From assembly GCF_009914755.1 (NCBI RefSeq), contig NC_060933.1: a stretch of DNA of 64,000 bases. One strand, 5' to 3'. This document shows, one piece after another, positions 13,441 through 26,800 of the stretch; position 1 is the stretch's first letter; the number at the start of each line of letters is the position of its first letter. The notes beneath the pieces are model-generated. The model had not been told where the DNA came from and ran no database searches. It worked only from the letters and a program-made list of their open reading frames with translations. Source of the stretch: the human T2T-CHM13v2.0 reference genome, Homo sapiens. A program made the position numbers and the translations under genes.

Positions 13441-16400
13441 GGAATGGAATGGAATGGAATGGAATCAATGCGAGTGCAGGGGAATGGAATGGAATGGAAT
13501 GCAATGGAATGGAATCTTCCGGAATGGAATGGAATGGAATGGAATGGAATGAAATGCAATGGATTCAACTCGATTGCAATGGAATGGAATAGAATGGAAT
13601 GGAATGGAATGGAATGGAATTAACACGAATAGAATGGAATGGAATGGAATGGAATGGAATGGAATGGAATCAACTCGATTGCAATCGAATGGAATGGAAT
13701 GGAATTAACCCGAATAAAATGGAACGGAATAGAACGGAACGGAACGGAAAGGAATGGAATGGAATGGAATGGAACGGAATGGAAGGGAATGGAATGGAAT
13801 AGAATGGAATGGAATGGAATGGAATCAACGCGAGTGCAGGGGAATGGAATGGAATGGAATGCAATGGAATGGAATCTTCTGGAATGGAATGGAATGGAAT
13901 GGAATGGAATGCAATGGATTCAACTCGATTGCAATAGAATGGAATAGAATGGAATGGAATGGAATGGAATTAACCCGAATAGATTGGAATGGAATGGAAT
14001 GGAACGGAACGGAACGGAACGGAATGGAATGGAATGGAATGGAATGGAATGGAATGGAATTGTATGGAATGGAATGGAATGGTACGGAATAGAAAGGAAT
14101 GGAAAGAATTGGAATGGAATGGAATCGAATGGAATGGAATGGAATGGAATGGAACGGAACGGAACGGAACGGAATGGAATGGAATGGAATGGAATGGAAT
14201 GGAACGGAAAGGAATGGAATGGAATGGAATGGAATGGAATGGAATCTTCCGGAATGGAATGGAATGGAATGGAATGGAACGGAATGGAATGCAATGGATT
14301 CAACTCGATTGCAATGGAATGGAATAGAATGGAATGGAATGGAATGGAATGGAATAGAATGGAATGGAATGGAATGGAATGGAATTAACCCGAATAGAAT
14401 GGAATGGAATGAAATGGAACGGAACGGAACGGAACGGAATGGAATGGAATGGAATGGAATGGAATGGAATGGAATTGTATGGAATTGAATGGAATGGTAC
14501 GGAATAGAATGGAATGGAATGGAATGGAATGGAATGGAATGGAATGGAATGGAATGGAATCAACCCGAGTGCAATGGAATGGAGTGGAATGGAATGGAAT
14601 GGAATGGAACAACCCGAATGGAATGTAATGTAATGGAGAGTAAGGGAGTTGAATAGAATCAATCCGAAAGTAATGGAATGGAACGGTATGGAATGGAATG
14701 GAATGGAATGGAATGGAATGGAATGGAATGGAATGGAATGCAATGGAATGGAATCAACCCGAGTACAATGGAATGGAATGGAATGGAATGCAATGGAATA
14801 TAATGGAATGGAATGGAATGGAATCAACCCGAGTGCAATGGAATGGAGAGGAATGGAATGGAATGGAATGGAAACTACCCGAATGGAATGGAATGTAATG
14901 GAGTGTAAGGGAATTGAATAGAATCAATCCGAATGGAATGGAATGGAATGGAACGGAATGTAATGGAATGGAATGGATTGGAATGGAATCAACCCGAGTG
15001 CAGGGGAATGGAATGGAATGGAATGCAATGGAATGGAATCATCCGGAATGGAATGGAATGGAATGGAATGGAATGGAATGGAATGGAATGGAATCAACCC
15101 GAGTGCAATGAAATGGAGAGGAATGGAATGGAATGGAATGGAAACTACCCGATTGGAATGTAATGTAATGGAGTGTAAGGGAATTGAATAGAATGAATCC
15201 GAATGGAATGGAATGGAATGGAACAGAATGGAACGGAATGCAATGGAATGGAATGGAATGGAATGGAATGGAATGGAATGGAATGGAATGGTATGGAATG
15301 GAATGGAATGGTACGGAATAGAATGGAAAGGAAAGAATTGGAATGGAATGGAATGGAATGGAATGGAATGGAATGGAATGGAATGGAATGGAATCAACCC
15401 GAGTGCAGGGGAATGTAATGGAACGGAATGCAATGGAATGGAATCATCCGGAATGGAATGGAAAGGAATGGAATGGAATGGAATGGAATGGAATGGAATA
15501 GAATGGAATAGAATGGAATCAACTCGATTGCAATCGAATGGAATGGAATGGAATTAACCCGAATAGAATGGAATGGAATGGAATGGAACGGAACGGAATT
15601 GAATGGAATGGAATGGAATGGAACGGAAAGGAATGGAATGGAATGGAATGGAATGGAATGGAATGGAATGGAATGGAATCAACGCGAGTGCAGGGGAATG
15701 GAATGGAATGGAATGGAATGGAATGGAATGGAATGGAATCAACCCGAGTGCAATGGAATGGAGTGGAATGCAATGGAATGGAATGGAACAAGCCGAATGG
15801 AATGGAATGTAATGGAGAGTAAGGGAGTTGAAAAGAATCAATCCGAATGTAATGGAATGGAATGGAACGGAATAGAATGGAATGGAATGGAATGGAATGG
15901 AATGGAATGCAATGGAATGTAATCAACCCGAGTGCAATCGAATGGAATCGAATGGAATGGAATGCAATGGAATGGATTCAACTTGAATGGAATGGAAAGA
16001 ATGGAATCAACACGAGTGGAATGGCATGGATTGGAATGGAATGGAATGGAATCAACCCAAGTACAGGGGAATGGAATGGAATGGAATGCAATGGAATGGA
16101 ATCATCCGTAATGGAATGGAAAGGAATGGAATGGAATGGAATGGAATGGAATGGAATGGATTGGAATCAACTCGATTGTAATCAAATGGAATGGAATGGA
16201 ATTAACCCCAATAGAATGGAATGGAATGGAATGGAACGGAACGGAATGGAAGGGAATGGAATGGAATGCAATGCAATGGAACGGAAAGGAATGGAATGGA
16301 ATGGAATGGAATGGAATGGAAAGGAATGGAATGGATTCAACGCGAGTGCAGGGGAATGGAATGGAATGGAATGCAATGGAATGGAATCTTCCGGAATGGA

Positions 16401-17139
16401 TTGGAATGGAATGGAATGGAATGCAATGGATTCAACTCGATTGCAATGGAGTGGAATAGAATGGAATGGAATGGAATGGATTTAACCCGAATAGAATGGA
16501 ATGGAATGGAATGGAACGGAACGGAACGGAACGGAACGGAATGGAATGGAATGGAAAGGAATGGAATGGAATTGTATGGAATGGAATGGAATGGTACGGA
16601 ATAGAATGGAATGGAAAGAATTGGAATGGAATGGAATCGAATGGAATGATATGGAATGGAATGGAATGGAATGGAATCAACCCGAGTGCAGGCGAATTTA
16701 ATGGAACGGAATGCAATGGAATGGAATCATCCGGAATGGAATGGAATGGAATGGAATGGATTGGAATCAACCCGAGTGCAATGCAATGGAGTGGAATGGA
16801 ATGGAATGGAATGGAACAGCACGAATGGAATGGAACGTAATGGAGAGTAAGGGAGTTGAATAGAATCAACCCGAATGTAATGGAATGGAATGGAACGGAA
16901 TGGAATGGAATGGAATGCAATGGAATGGAATCAACCCGAGTACAATGGAATGGAATGGAATGGAATGGAATGGAATGCAATATAATGGAATCAACCCGAG
17001 TGCAATCGAATGGAATCGAATGGAATGGAATGCAATGGAATGGATTCAACTTGAATGGAATGGAAAGAATGGAATCAACACGAGTGGAATGGCATGGAAT
17101 GGAATGGAATGGAATGGAATCAACCCGAGTACAGGAGAA

Positions 17140-17720
17140 TGGAATGGAATGGAATGCAATGGAATGGAATCATTAGTAATGGAATGGAAAGGAATGGAAT
17201 GGAATGGAATGGAATGGAATGGAATGGAATGAACTCGATTGCAATCGAATGGAATGGAATGGAATTAACCCGAATAGAATGGAATGGAATGGAATGGAAC
17301 GGAACGGAATGGAATGGAATGGAATGGAATGGAACGGAACGGAACGGAATGGAATGGCATGGAATGGAATTGAATGGAATGGAATCAACGCGAGTGCAGG
17401 GGAATGGAATGGAATGGAATGGAATGGAATGCAATGGAATGGAATCATTAGTAATGGAATGGAAAGGAATGGAATGGAATGGAATGGAATGGAATGGAAT
17501 GGAATGAACTCGATTGCAATCGAATGGAATGGAATGGAATTAACCCGAATAGAATGGAATGGAATGGAATGGAACGGAACGGAATGGAATGGAATGGAAT
17601 GGAATGGAACGGAACGGAACGGAATGGAATGGCATGGAATGGAATTGAATGGAATGGAATCAACGCGAGTGCAGGGGAATGGAATGGAATGGAATGGAAT
17701 GGAATGCAATGGAATGGAAT
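17140..17720 (+). repeat. 275-bp tandem duplication
   Basis: Rare variant CATTAGTAAT at 17171 and 17446, each followed by GAATGAACTCG. ORF offset 17204/17479. Confidence 0.92.
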
Positions 17721-20184
17721 CTTCCGGAATGGAATGGAATGGAATGGAATGGAATGCAATGGATTCAACTCGATTGCAATGGAATGGAATAGAATGGAAT
17801 GGAATGGAATGGAATGGATTTAACCCTAATAGAATGGAATGGAATGGAATGGAATGGAACGGAATAGAACGGAATGGAAAGGAATGGAATGGAATGCAAT
17901 GGAATGGAATGCTATGGAATGGAATGGAATGGTACGGAATAGAATGGAATGGAACGAATTGGAATGGAATGGAATCGAATGGAATGGAATGGAATGGAAT
18001 GGAATCAACGCGATTGCAGGGGAATGTAATAGAACGGAATGCAATGGAATGGAATCATCCGGAATGGAATGGAATGGAATGGAATGGAATGGAATGCAAT
18101 GGAATGGAATCAACCCGAGTGCAATGGAATGGAGTGGAATGGAATGGAATGGAATGGAAGAACCCGAATGGAATGGAATGTAATGGAGAGTAAGGGAGTT
18201 AAAAAGAATCAATCCGAAAGTAATGGAATGGAATGGAACGGAATGGAATGGAATGGAATGGAATGGAATGGAATGGAATGGAATGGAATCAACCCGAGTG
18301 CAATCGAATGGAATCGAATGGAATGGAATGCAATGGAATGGATTCAACTTGAATGGAATGGAAAGAATGGAATCAACACGAGTGGAATGCCATAGATTGC
18401 AATGGAATGGAATGGAATAAACCTGAGTACAGGGGAATGGAATGGAATGGAAAGCAATGGAATGGCATGATCCGAAATGGAATGGAAAGGAATGGAATGG
18501 AATTGAATGGGATGGAATGGCTTCAAACCGAATGGAATGGAAAGGAATGGAATCAACACGAGTGGAATGGAATGGAATGGAATGGAATGGAATGGAATGG
18601 AATGGAATGGTATGGAATAGAATGGAATGGAACGGAATGGAATGGAATAGAATGCAATGGAATGGAATGGAATTGTTCCGAGGGAATAGGAGGGAATGTA
18701 TTCGAGTGGAATGGAAAGGAATGGAATCAACCAGAGTGGAATGGAAGGGAATAGAATGGAATGGAAACTAATAGAATGGAATCAACCCGAGTGGAATGGA
18801 ATGGAAAGGAATGGAATGGAATGTAATGGAATGGAATGGAATATAATGGAATGGAATGGAATGGAATGGAATCAACTCGATTGTAATGGAATGGAATGGA
18901 ATGGAATGGAATGGAATGGAATGGAATGGAATGGAATTAACCCGAATACAATGGAATGGAATGCAATGGAACGGAATGGAGTGGAATGGAATGGAATCAA
19001 CCCGAGTGCAGGGGAATGGAATGGAATGGAATGCAATGGAATGGAATCATCCGGAATGGAATGGAATGGAATGGAATGCAATGCAATGGAATCAACTCGA
19101 TTGCAATGGAATGGAATGGAAAGGAATAGAATGGAATCAACCCGAGTGGAATGGAATGGAAAGGACTGGAATGGAGTGGAATGGAATGCAATGGAATGGA
19201 ATTAACTCGATTGGAATGGAATGGAAAGGAATGGAATGGAATTAACCCGAATAGAATGGAATGGAATGGAATGGAACGGAATGGAATAGAATGGAATGGA
19301 ATGGAATGGAATGGAATGGAATCAACCCGAGTGCAGGGGAATGGAATGGAATGGAATGCAATGGAATGGAATCATCCGGAACGGAATGGAATGGAATGTA
19401 ATGGAATCAACTCGATTGCAATGGAATGGAATGGAATGGAATGGAATGGAATGGAATGGAATTCACCCGAATAGAATGGAATGGAATGGAATGGAAAGGA
19501 ATGGAAGGGAAGGGAATGGAATGTAATCAACCCGAGTGCAGGGGAATGGAATGGAATGGAATGCAATGGAATGGAATCATCCGGAATGGAATGGAATTGA
19601 ATGGAATGGAATGGAATGGAATGGAATGGAATAGAATGCAATGGAATGGAATCAACCCGAGTACAATGGAATGGAATGGAATGGAATGGAATGGAGTGGA
19701 ATGGAATGGAATTGAATGGAATGGAATGCCTTCAAACTGAATGGAATGGAAAGGAATGTAATCAACACGAGTGGAATGGAATCGAATGCAATGGAATGGA
19801 ATGGAATGGAATGGTACGGAATAGAATGGAATGGAACGAAATGGAATGGAATGGAATGGAATGGAATGGAATGGAATGGAATGGAATGGAATGGAATCGT
19901 TCCGAGTGGAATAGGAGGGAATGTATTCGAGTGAAATGGAAAGGAATGGAATCAACCAGAGTGCAATGGAAAGGAATGGAATGGAATGGAAACTAATAGA
20001 ATGGAATCAACCCGAGTGGAATGGAATGGAAAGGACTAGAATGGAATGGAATGGAATGGAATGGAATGGAATGGAATCAACTCCATTGTAATGGAATGGA
20101 ATGGAATGGAAAGGAATGGAATGGAATGCAATGGAATTAACCCGAATACAATGAAAAGGAATGGAATGGAACGGAATGCAAAGC

Positions 20185-20212
20185 AATGGAATCAACTCGG
20201 GTTGATTCCATT
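20185..20212. other. Strand-inversion junction of the satellite array
   Basis: AATGGAATCAAC-TCGG-GTTGATTCCATT: 12-bp perfect inverted arms (20185-20196, 20201-20212) around a 4-nt spacer. Array orientation flips here with no foreign insert. Confidence 0.97.
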
Positions 20213-23200
20213 CCCTTCTTTCCATTCCATTCCATTCCATTCCATTCCGTTCCATTCCATTCCATTACATTCGGATTGATTCTATTCAATTCCCTTACAC
20301 TCCATTACATTCCATTCCATTCGGGTAGTTTCCACTCCATTCCATTCCCCTCCTCTCCATTCCATTGCACTCGGGTTGATTCCATTCCATTGCATTCCAT
20401 TCCATTCCATTCAATTCCATTCCGTTCCATTCCATTCCATTACATTCGGATTGATTCTATTCAACTCCCTTACTCTCCATTACATTCGATTCCATTCAGG
20501 TTGTTCCATTCCATTCCATTCCATTCCACTCCACTCCATTGCACTCGAGTTGATTCCATTCCATTCCATTCCATTCCGGAAGATTCCATTCCATTCCATT
20601 CCATTCCATTCCATTCCATTCCATTCCGTTCCGTTCCGTTCCGTTCCATTCCATTCCATTCCATTCTATTCGGGTTAATTCCATTCCATTCCATTCGATT
20701 GCAATCGAGTTGATTCCATTCCATTCCATTCCATTCCATTCCATTCCATTCCTTTCCTTTCCATTACGGATGATTCCATTCCATTGCATTCCATTCCATT
20801 CCATTCCCCTGTACTCGGGTTGATTCCATTCCATTCCATTCCAATCCATGCCATTCCACTCGTGTTGATTCCATTCTTTCCATTCCATTCAAGTTGAATC
20901 CATTCCATTGCATTCCATTCCATTCGATTCCATTCGATTGCACTCGGGTTGATTCCATTCCATTACATTCCATTCCATCCCATTTCATTCCATTCCATTC
21001 CTTTCCATTCCATTCCATTCCATTCCATGCGATTGCAATCGAGTTGATTCCATTCCATTCCTTTCCATTCCATTCCATTGCCTTGCATTCCACTCGGGTT
21101 GATTCCATTCCCTTCTTTCCACTCCATTACATTCCCTTCCATTCCACTCGGAATGATTGATTCCATTCCATTCCATTCCATTTCATTCCATTGCAATCCA
21201 TTCCAATCCATTCCATTATATTCCATTCCACTCGAGTTGATTTCATTCCATTCCTTTCCATTCCATTCCATTCCTTTCCACTCGAGTTGATTCCGTTCCA
21301 TTCCATTCCTTTGCATTCCATTCCATGCCATTCCACTCGGGTTGATTCCATTCCATTCCATTCCATTCCATTCCATTGCATTCCATTCCATTCCTTTCCC
21401 CTGCACTCGGGTTGATTCCATTCCTTTCCATTCCATTTAATTCCATTCCATGCCATTCCCTTCCATTCCAATCCATTCCATTCCACTGCATTCTATTCCA
21501 CTGCAATCGACTTGATTCCATTCCATTCCATTCTATTCCATTCCATTCCATTCCATTCCATTCCATTCCATTCCATTTTGTTCCAATCCATTCTATTCCG
21601 AACTATTCCATTCCATTCCATTCCATTCCATTGCATTCCATTCCATGCCATTCCACTCAGGTTGATTCCATTCCATTCCATTCCATTCGATTCCATTCCA
21701 TTCCATTCCATTCCGTTGCACTCCATTTCATTACATTCAGATTGATTCTATTCAATTCCCTAACACTCCATTATATTCCAATCCATTCTGGTTGTTTCCA
21801 TTCCATTCCATTCCATTTCACTCCATTCCATTGCACTGGGTTTGATTCCATTCCATTCCATTCCATTCCATTCCGGATGATTCCATTCCATTGCATTCCA
21901 TTCCATTCCATTCCCCTGCACTCAGGTTGATTCCATTCCATTCCATTCCAATCCATTCGGTTCCGTTCCATTCCATTCTATTGCATTCCATTCTATACGG
22001 GTTAATTCCATTCCATTCTATTCCATTCCATTCCACTCCATTCCATTCCATTGCAATGGAGTTGATTCCATTCCATTCCATTTCATTCCGGATGATTCCA
22101 TTCCATTGCATTCCATTCCATTCCATTCCCCTGCACTCGTGTTGATTCCATTACCTTCTATTCCATTCCATTCCGTTCCATTCCATTGCATTCCATTCTA
22201 TTGCAATCGAGTTGATTCCATTCCATTCCTTTCCATCCCATTCCATTGCCTTGCATTCCAATCGGGTTGATTCCATTCCCTTCTTTCCACTCCATTACAT
22301 TCCCTTCCATTCCACTCGGAATGATTGATTCCATTCCATTCCATTCCATTTCATTCCATTGCAATCCATTCCAATCCATTCCATTCCATTCCACTCGAGT
22401 TGATTTCATTCCATTCCTTTCCATTCCATTCCATTCCTTTCCACTCGAGTTGATTTCTTTCCATTCCATTCCATTGCATTCCATTCCATGCCATTCCACT
22501 CAGGTTGATTCCATTCCTTTGCATTCCATTCCATTCCATTGCATTCCATTCCATTCCATTCCGTTGCATTCCATTCCATTACATTCCGATTGATTCTATT
22601 CAACTCCCTTACTCTCCATTACATTCCATTCCATTCGGGTTGTTCCATTCCATTCCATTCCATTCCACTCCATTCCATTGCACTCGGGTTGATTCCATTC
22701 CATTCCATTCCATTCCATTCCATTCCATTCCATTCCATTCCGGATGATTCCATTCCATTGCATTCCGTTCCATTACATTCCCCTGCGCTCGCGTTGATTC
22801 CATTCCATTCCATTCCATTCCATTCAATTCCATTCCATTACAATTCGTTCCATTCCATTCTACTCCGTACCATTCCATTCCATTCCATACCATTCCATTC
22901 CGTTCCATTCCATTCCATTGCATTCCATTCCATTCCATTCCATTCCGTTCCATTCCATTCCATTCCATTCTATTCAGGTTAATCCCATTCCATTCCATTC
23001 CATTCTATTCGGATTAATTCCATTCCATGCCATTCCATTCCGTTCTATTCCATTCCATTGCAATCGAGTTGAATCCATTGCATTTCATTCCATTCCATTC
23101 CATTCCATTCCATTCCGGAAGTTTCCATTCCATTGTATTCCATTCCATTCCATTCAATTCCATTCCGTTCCATTCCATTCCATTACATTCGTATTGATTC

Positions 23201-23869
23201 TATTCAACTCCCTTAGTCTCCATTACATTCCATTCCATTCGGGTTGTTCCATTCCATTCCATTCCATTCCACTCCATTCCATTGCACTCGGGTTTATTCC
23301 CTACCATTCCATTCCATCCCATTCAATTCCATTCCATTCCGGAAGATTCCATTCCATTGCATTCCATTCCATTCCATTCCGCTGCACTCGCGTTGATTCC
23401 ATTTCATTCCATTCCATTCCATTCCATTCCGTTCCGTTCCATTCCATTCCATTCCATTCCATTCCATTCCGTTCCGTTCCATTCCATTCCATTCCATTCT
23501 ATTCGGGTTAATTCCATTCCATTCCATTCGATTGCAATCGAGTTGATTCCATTCCATTCCATTCCATTCCATTCCATTCCATTCCATTGCATTCCTTTCC
23601 ATTCCATTACGGATGATGCCATTCCATTGCATTCCATTCCATTCCATTCCCCTGTACTCGGGTTGATTCCATTCCACTCCATTCCAATCCATGCCATTCC
23701 ACTCGTGTTGATTCCATTCTTTCCATTCCATTCAAGTTGAATCCATTCCATTGCATTCCATTCCATTCGATTCCATTCGATTGCACTCGGGTTGATTCCA
23801 TTCCATTGCATTCCATTCCATTCCATTCCATTCCATTCCATTCCATTCCGTTCCATTCCATTCCATTAC

Positions 23870-26800
23870 ATTCGGATTGATTCTATTCAATTCCCTTACA
23901 CTCCATTACATTCCATTCCATTCGGGTAGTTTCCATTCCATTCCATTCCATTCCTCTCCATTCCATTGCACTCGGGTTGATGCCATTCCATTGCATTCCA
24001 TTGCATTCCATTCAATTCCATTCCATTCCATTACATTCGGATTGATTCTATTCAACTCCCTAACTCTCCATTACATTCCATTCCATTCGGGTTGTTCCAT
24101 TCCATTCCATTCCATTCCACTCCATTCCATTGCACTCGGGTTGATTCCATTCCATTCCATTCCATTCCATTCCGGAAGATTCCATTCCATTGCATTCCAT
24201 TACATTCCATTACCCTGCACTCGCGTTGATTCCATTCCATTCCATTCCATTCCATTCCGTTCCATTCCATTCCTTTCCGTTCCATTCCATTCCATTCCAT
24301 TCCGTTCCGTTCCGTTCCGTTCCATTCCATTCCATTCTATTCGGGTTAATTCCATTCCATTCCATTCGATTGCAATCGAATTGATTCCATTCCATTCCAT
24401 TCCATTCCATTCCATTCCATTCCATTCCATTCCTTTCCATTCCATTACGGATGATTCCATTCCATTGCATTCCATTCCATTCCATTCCCCTGTACTCGGG
24501 TTGATTCCATTCCATTCCATTCCAATCCATGCCATTCCACTCGTGTTGATTCCATTCTTTCCATTCCATTCAAGTTGAATCCATTCCATTGCATTCCATT
24601 CCATTCGATTCCATTCGATTGCACTCGGGTTGATTCCATGGCATTGCATTCCATTCCATTCCATTCCATTCCATTCCATTGCTTTCCATTCCATTCCATT
24701 CGGATTCATTCTATTCAATTCCCTTACACTCCATTACATTCCATTCCATTCGTGTAGTTTCCATTCCATTCCATTCCATTCCTCTCCATTCCATTGCACT
24801 CGGGTTGATTCCATTCCATTCCATTCCATTCCATTCCATTCCATTCCATTCCATTCCATTCCGGATGATTCCATTCCATTGAATTCCATTCCATTCCATT
24901 CCCCTGCACTTAGGTTGATTCCATTCCATTCCATTCCATTCCTTTCTGTTCCATTCAATTCCATTCCATTCCATTCTATTCGTGTTAATTCCATTCCATT
25001 CTATTCCATTCCATTCCATTGAAATCGAGTTGATTCCATTCCATTCCATTCCATTCCATTCCATTCCATTCCATTCCGGATGATTCCATTCCATTGCATT
25101 CCATTCCATTCCATTCCCCTGCACTCAGGTTGATTCCATTCCATTCCATTCCATTACATTCCATTCCATTCCGTCCCATTTCATTCTATTCGGGTTAATT
25201 CCATTCCATTCCATTCCACTCCATTCCAGTCCTTTCCATTCCATTCCACTCGGGTTGATTCCATTCTATTCCTTTCAATTCCATTCCATTCCATTGCAAT
25301 CGAGTTGATTCCATTCGAGTTGAATCCATTCCATTCCATTCCATTCAATTCCATTGCACACGGGTTCATTCCATTCCATTCCATTCCATTCCGTTCCATT
25401 CCATTCCATTCCATTTCATTCCATTCCATTCTATTCCGTACCATTCCATTCCATCCCATTCCATTCTGTTCCATTCCATGCCATTACACTCGGGTTGATT
25501 CCATTCCTTTCCATTCCATTCTTATTGAATCCATTCCATTCCAATCCATTCGAATCCATTCCATTGCACTCGGGTTGATTCCATTCCATTCCATTCCATT
25601 CCATTCCATTCCATTCCATTACATTCGGATTGATTCTATTCAATTCCCTTACACTCCATTACATTCCATTCCATTCGGGATGTTTCCATTCCATTCCATT
25701 CCATTCCACTCCATTCCATTGCATCAGGTTGATTGCATTCCATTCCATTCCATTCCATTCCGGATGATTCCATTCCATTGCATTCCATTCCATTCCATTC
25801 CATTCCCCTGCACTCGGGTTGATTCCATTCGATTCCATTCCATTCCATTCCATTCCATTCCGTTCCATTCCATTCCATTGCATTCTATTCCGGTTAATTC
25901 CATTCCATTCCATTCCATTCCATTCCATTCCATTCCATTCCATTCCATTCCATTCCATTGCCATCGAGTTGATTCCATTCCATTCCATTCCATTCCGTTC
26001 CGGATGATTCCATTCCATTCCATTCCATTCCCCTGCAGTCGGGTTGATTCCATTCCATTCCATTCCATTCCATTCCATTCCATTCCATTGCATTCCATTC
26101 TGTTCCATTCCATTCCATTCCATTCCATTCTATTCAGGTTAATTCCATTCCATTCCATTCCATTCCATTCCATTCCAATCGAGTTGATTCCATTCCATTC
26201 CATTCCATTCCACTACATTCCAGTCCTTTCCATTCCATTACACTCGGGTTGATTCCATTCTATTCCATTCTATTCCATTCCATTCCATTGCAATCGAGTT
26301 GATTCCATTGCTTTGCATTCCATTCCATTCCATTCCATTCCGGATGATTCCATTCCATTGCATTCCATTCCATTCCATTCCCCTGCACTCGGGTTGATTC
26401 CATTCCATTCCATTCCATTACATTCCATTCCATTCCGTCCCATTTCATTCTATTCGGGTTAATTCCATTCCATTCCATTCCACTCCATTCCAGTCCTTTC
26501 CATTCCATTCCACTCGGGTTGATTCCATTCTATTCCTTTCAATTCCATTCCATTCCATTGCAATCGAGTTGATTCCATTCGAGTTGAATCCATTCCATTC
26601 CATTCCATTCCATTCCATTGCACACGGGTTCATTCCATTCCATTCCATTCCATTCCGTTCCATTCCATTCCATTCCATTTCATTCCATTCCATTCTATTC
26701 CGTACCATTCCATTCCATCCCATTCCCTTCTGTTCCATTCCATGCCATTACACTCGGGTTGATTCCATTCCTTTCCATTCCATTCTTATTGAATCCATTC

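Larger units (their letters stand above)
1..20194 (+). repeat. Satellite III (HSat3-type) array, left arm, (GGAAT)n on the + strand
   Basis: Continuous GGAAT pentamers interspersed with CAACCCGAGT/CAACCCGAAT, CAACTCGATTG and related cassettes. CAACCCGA(G/A)T(GGAAT)n is the classical satellite III signature. No unique sequence is present. Confidence 0.98.

Noticed and set aside
20185-20225. Rho-independent terminator or structured ncRNA at the hairpin
   Set aside because: The context is eukaryotic satellite with no U-tract, and the stem is an automatic consequence of joining two GGAATCAAC cassettes in opposite orientation.
20007-20713. Chimeric ORFs crossing the junction (20007-20255, 20046-20279, 20186-20713)
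   Set aside because: They simply switch from MEWNG to IPFHS repeats at the inversion; there is no evidence of coding function.
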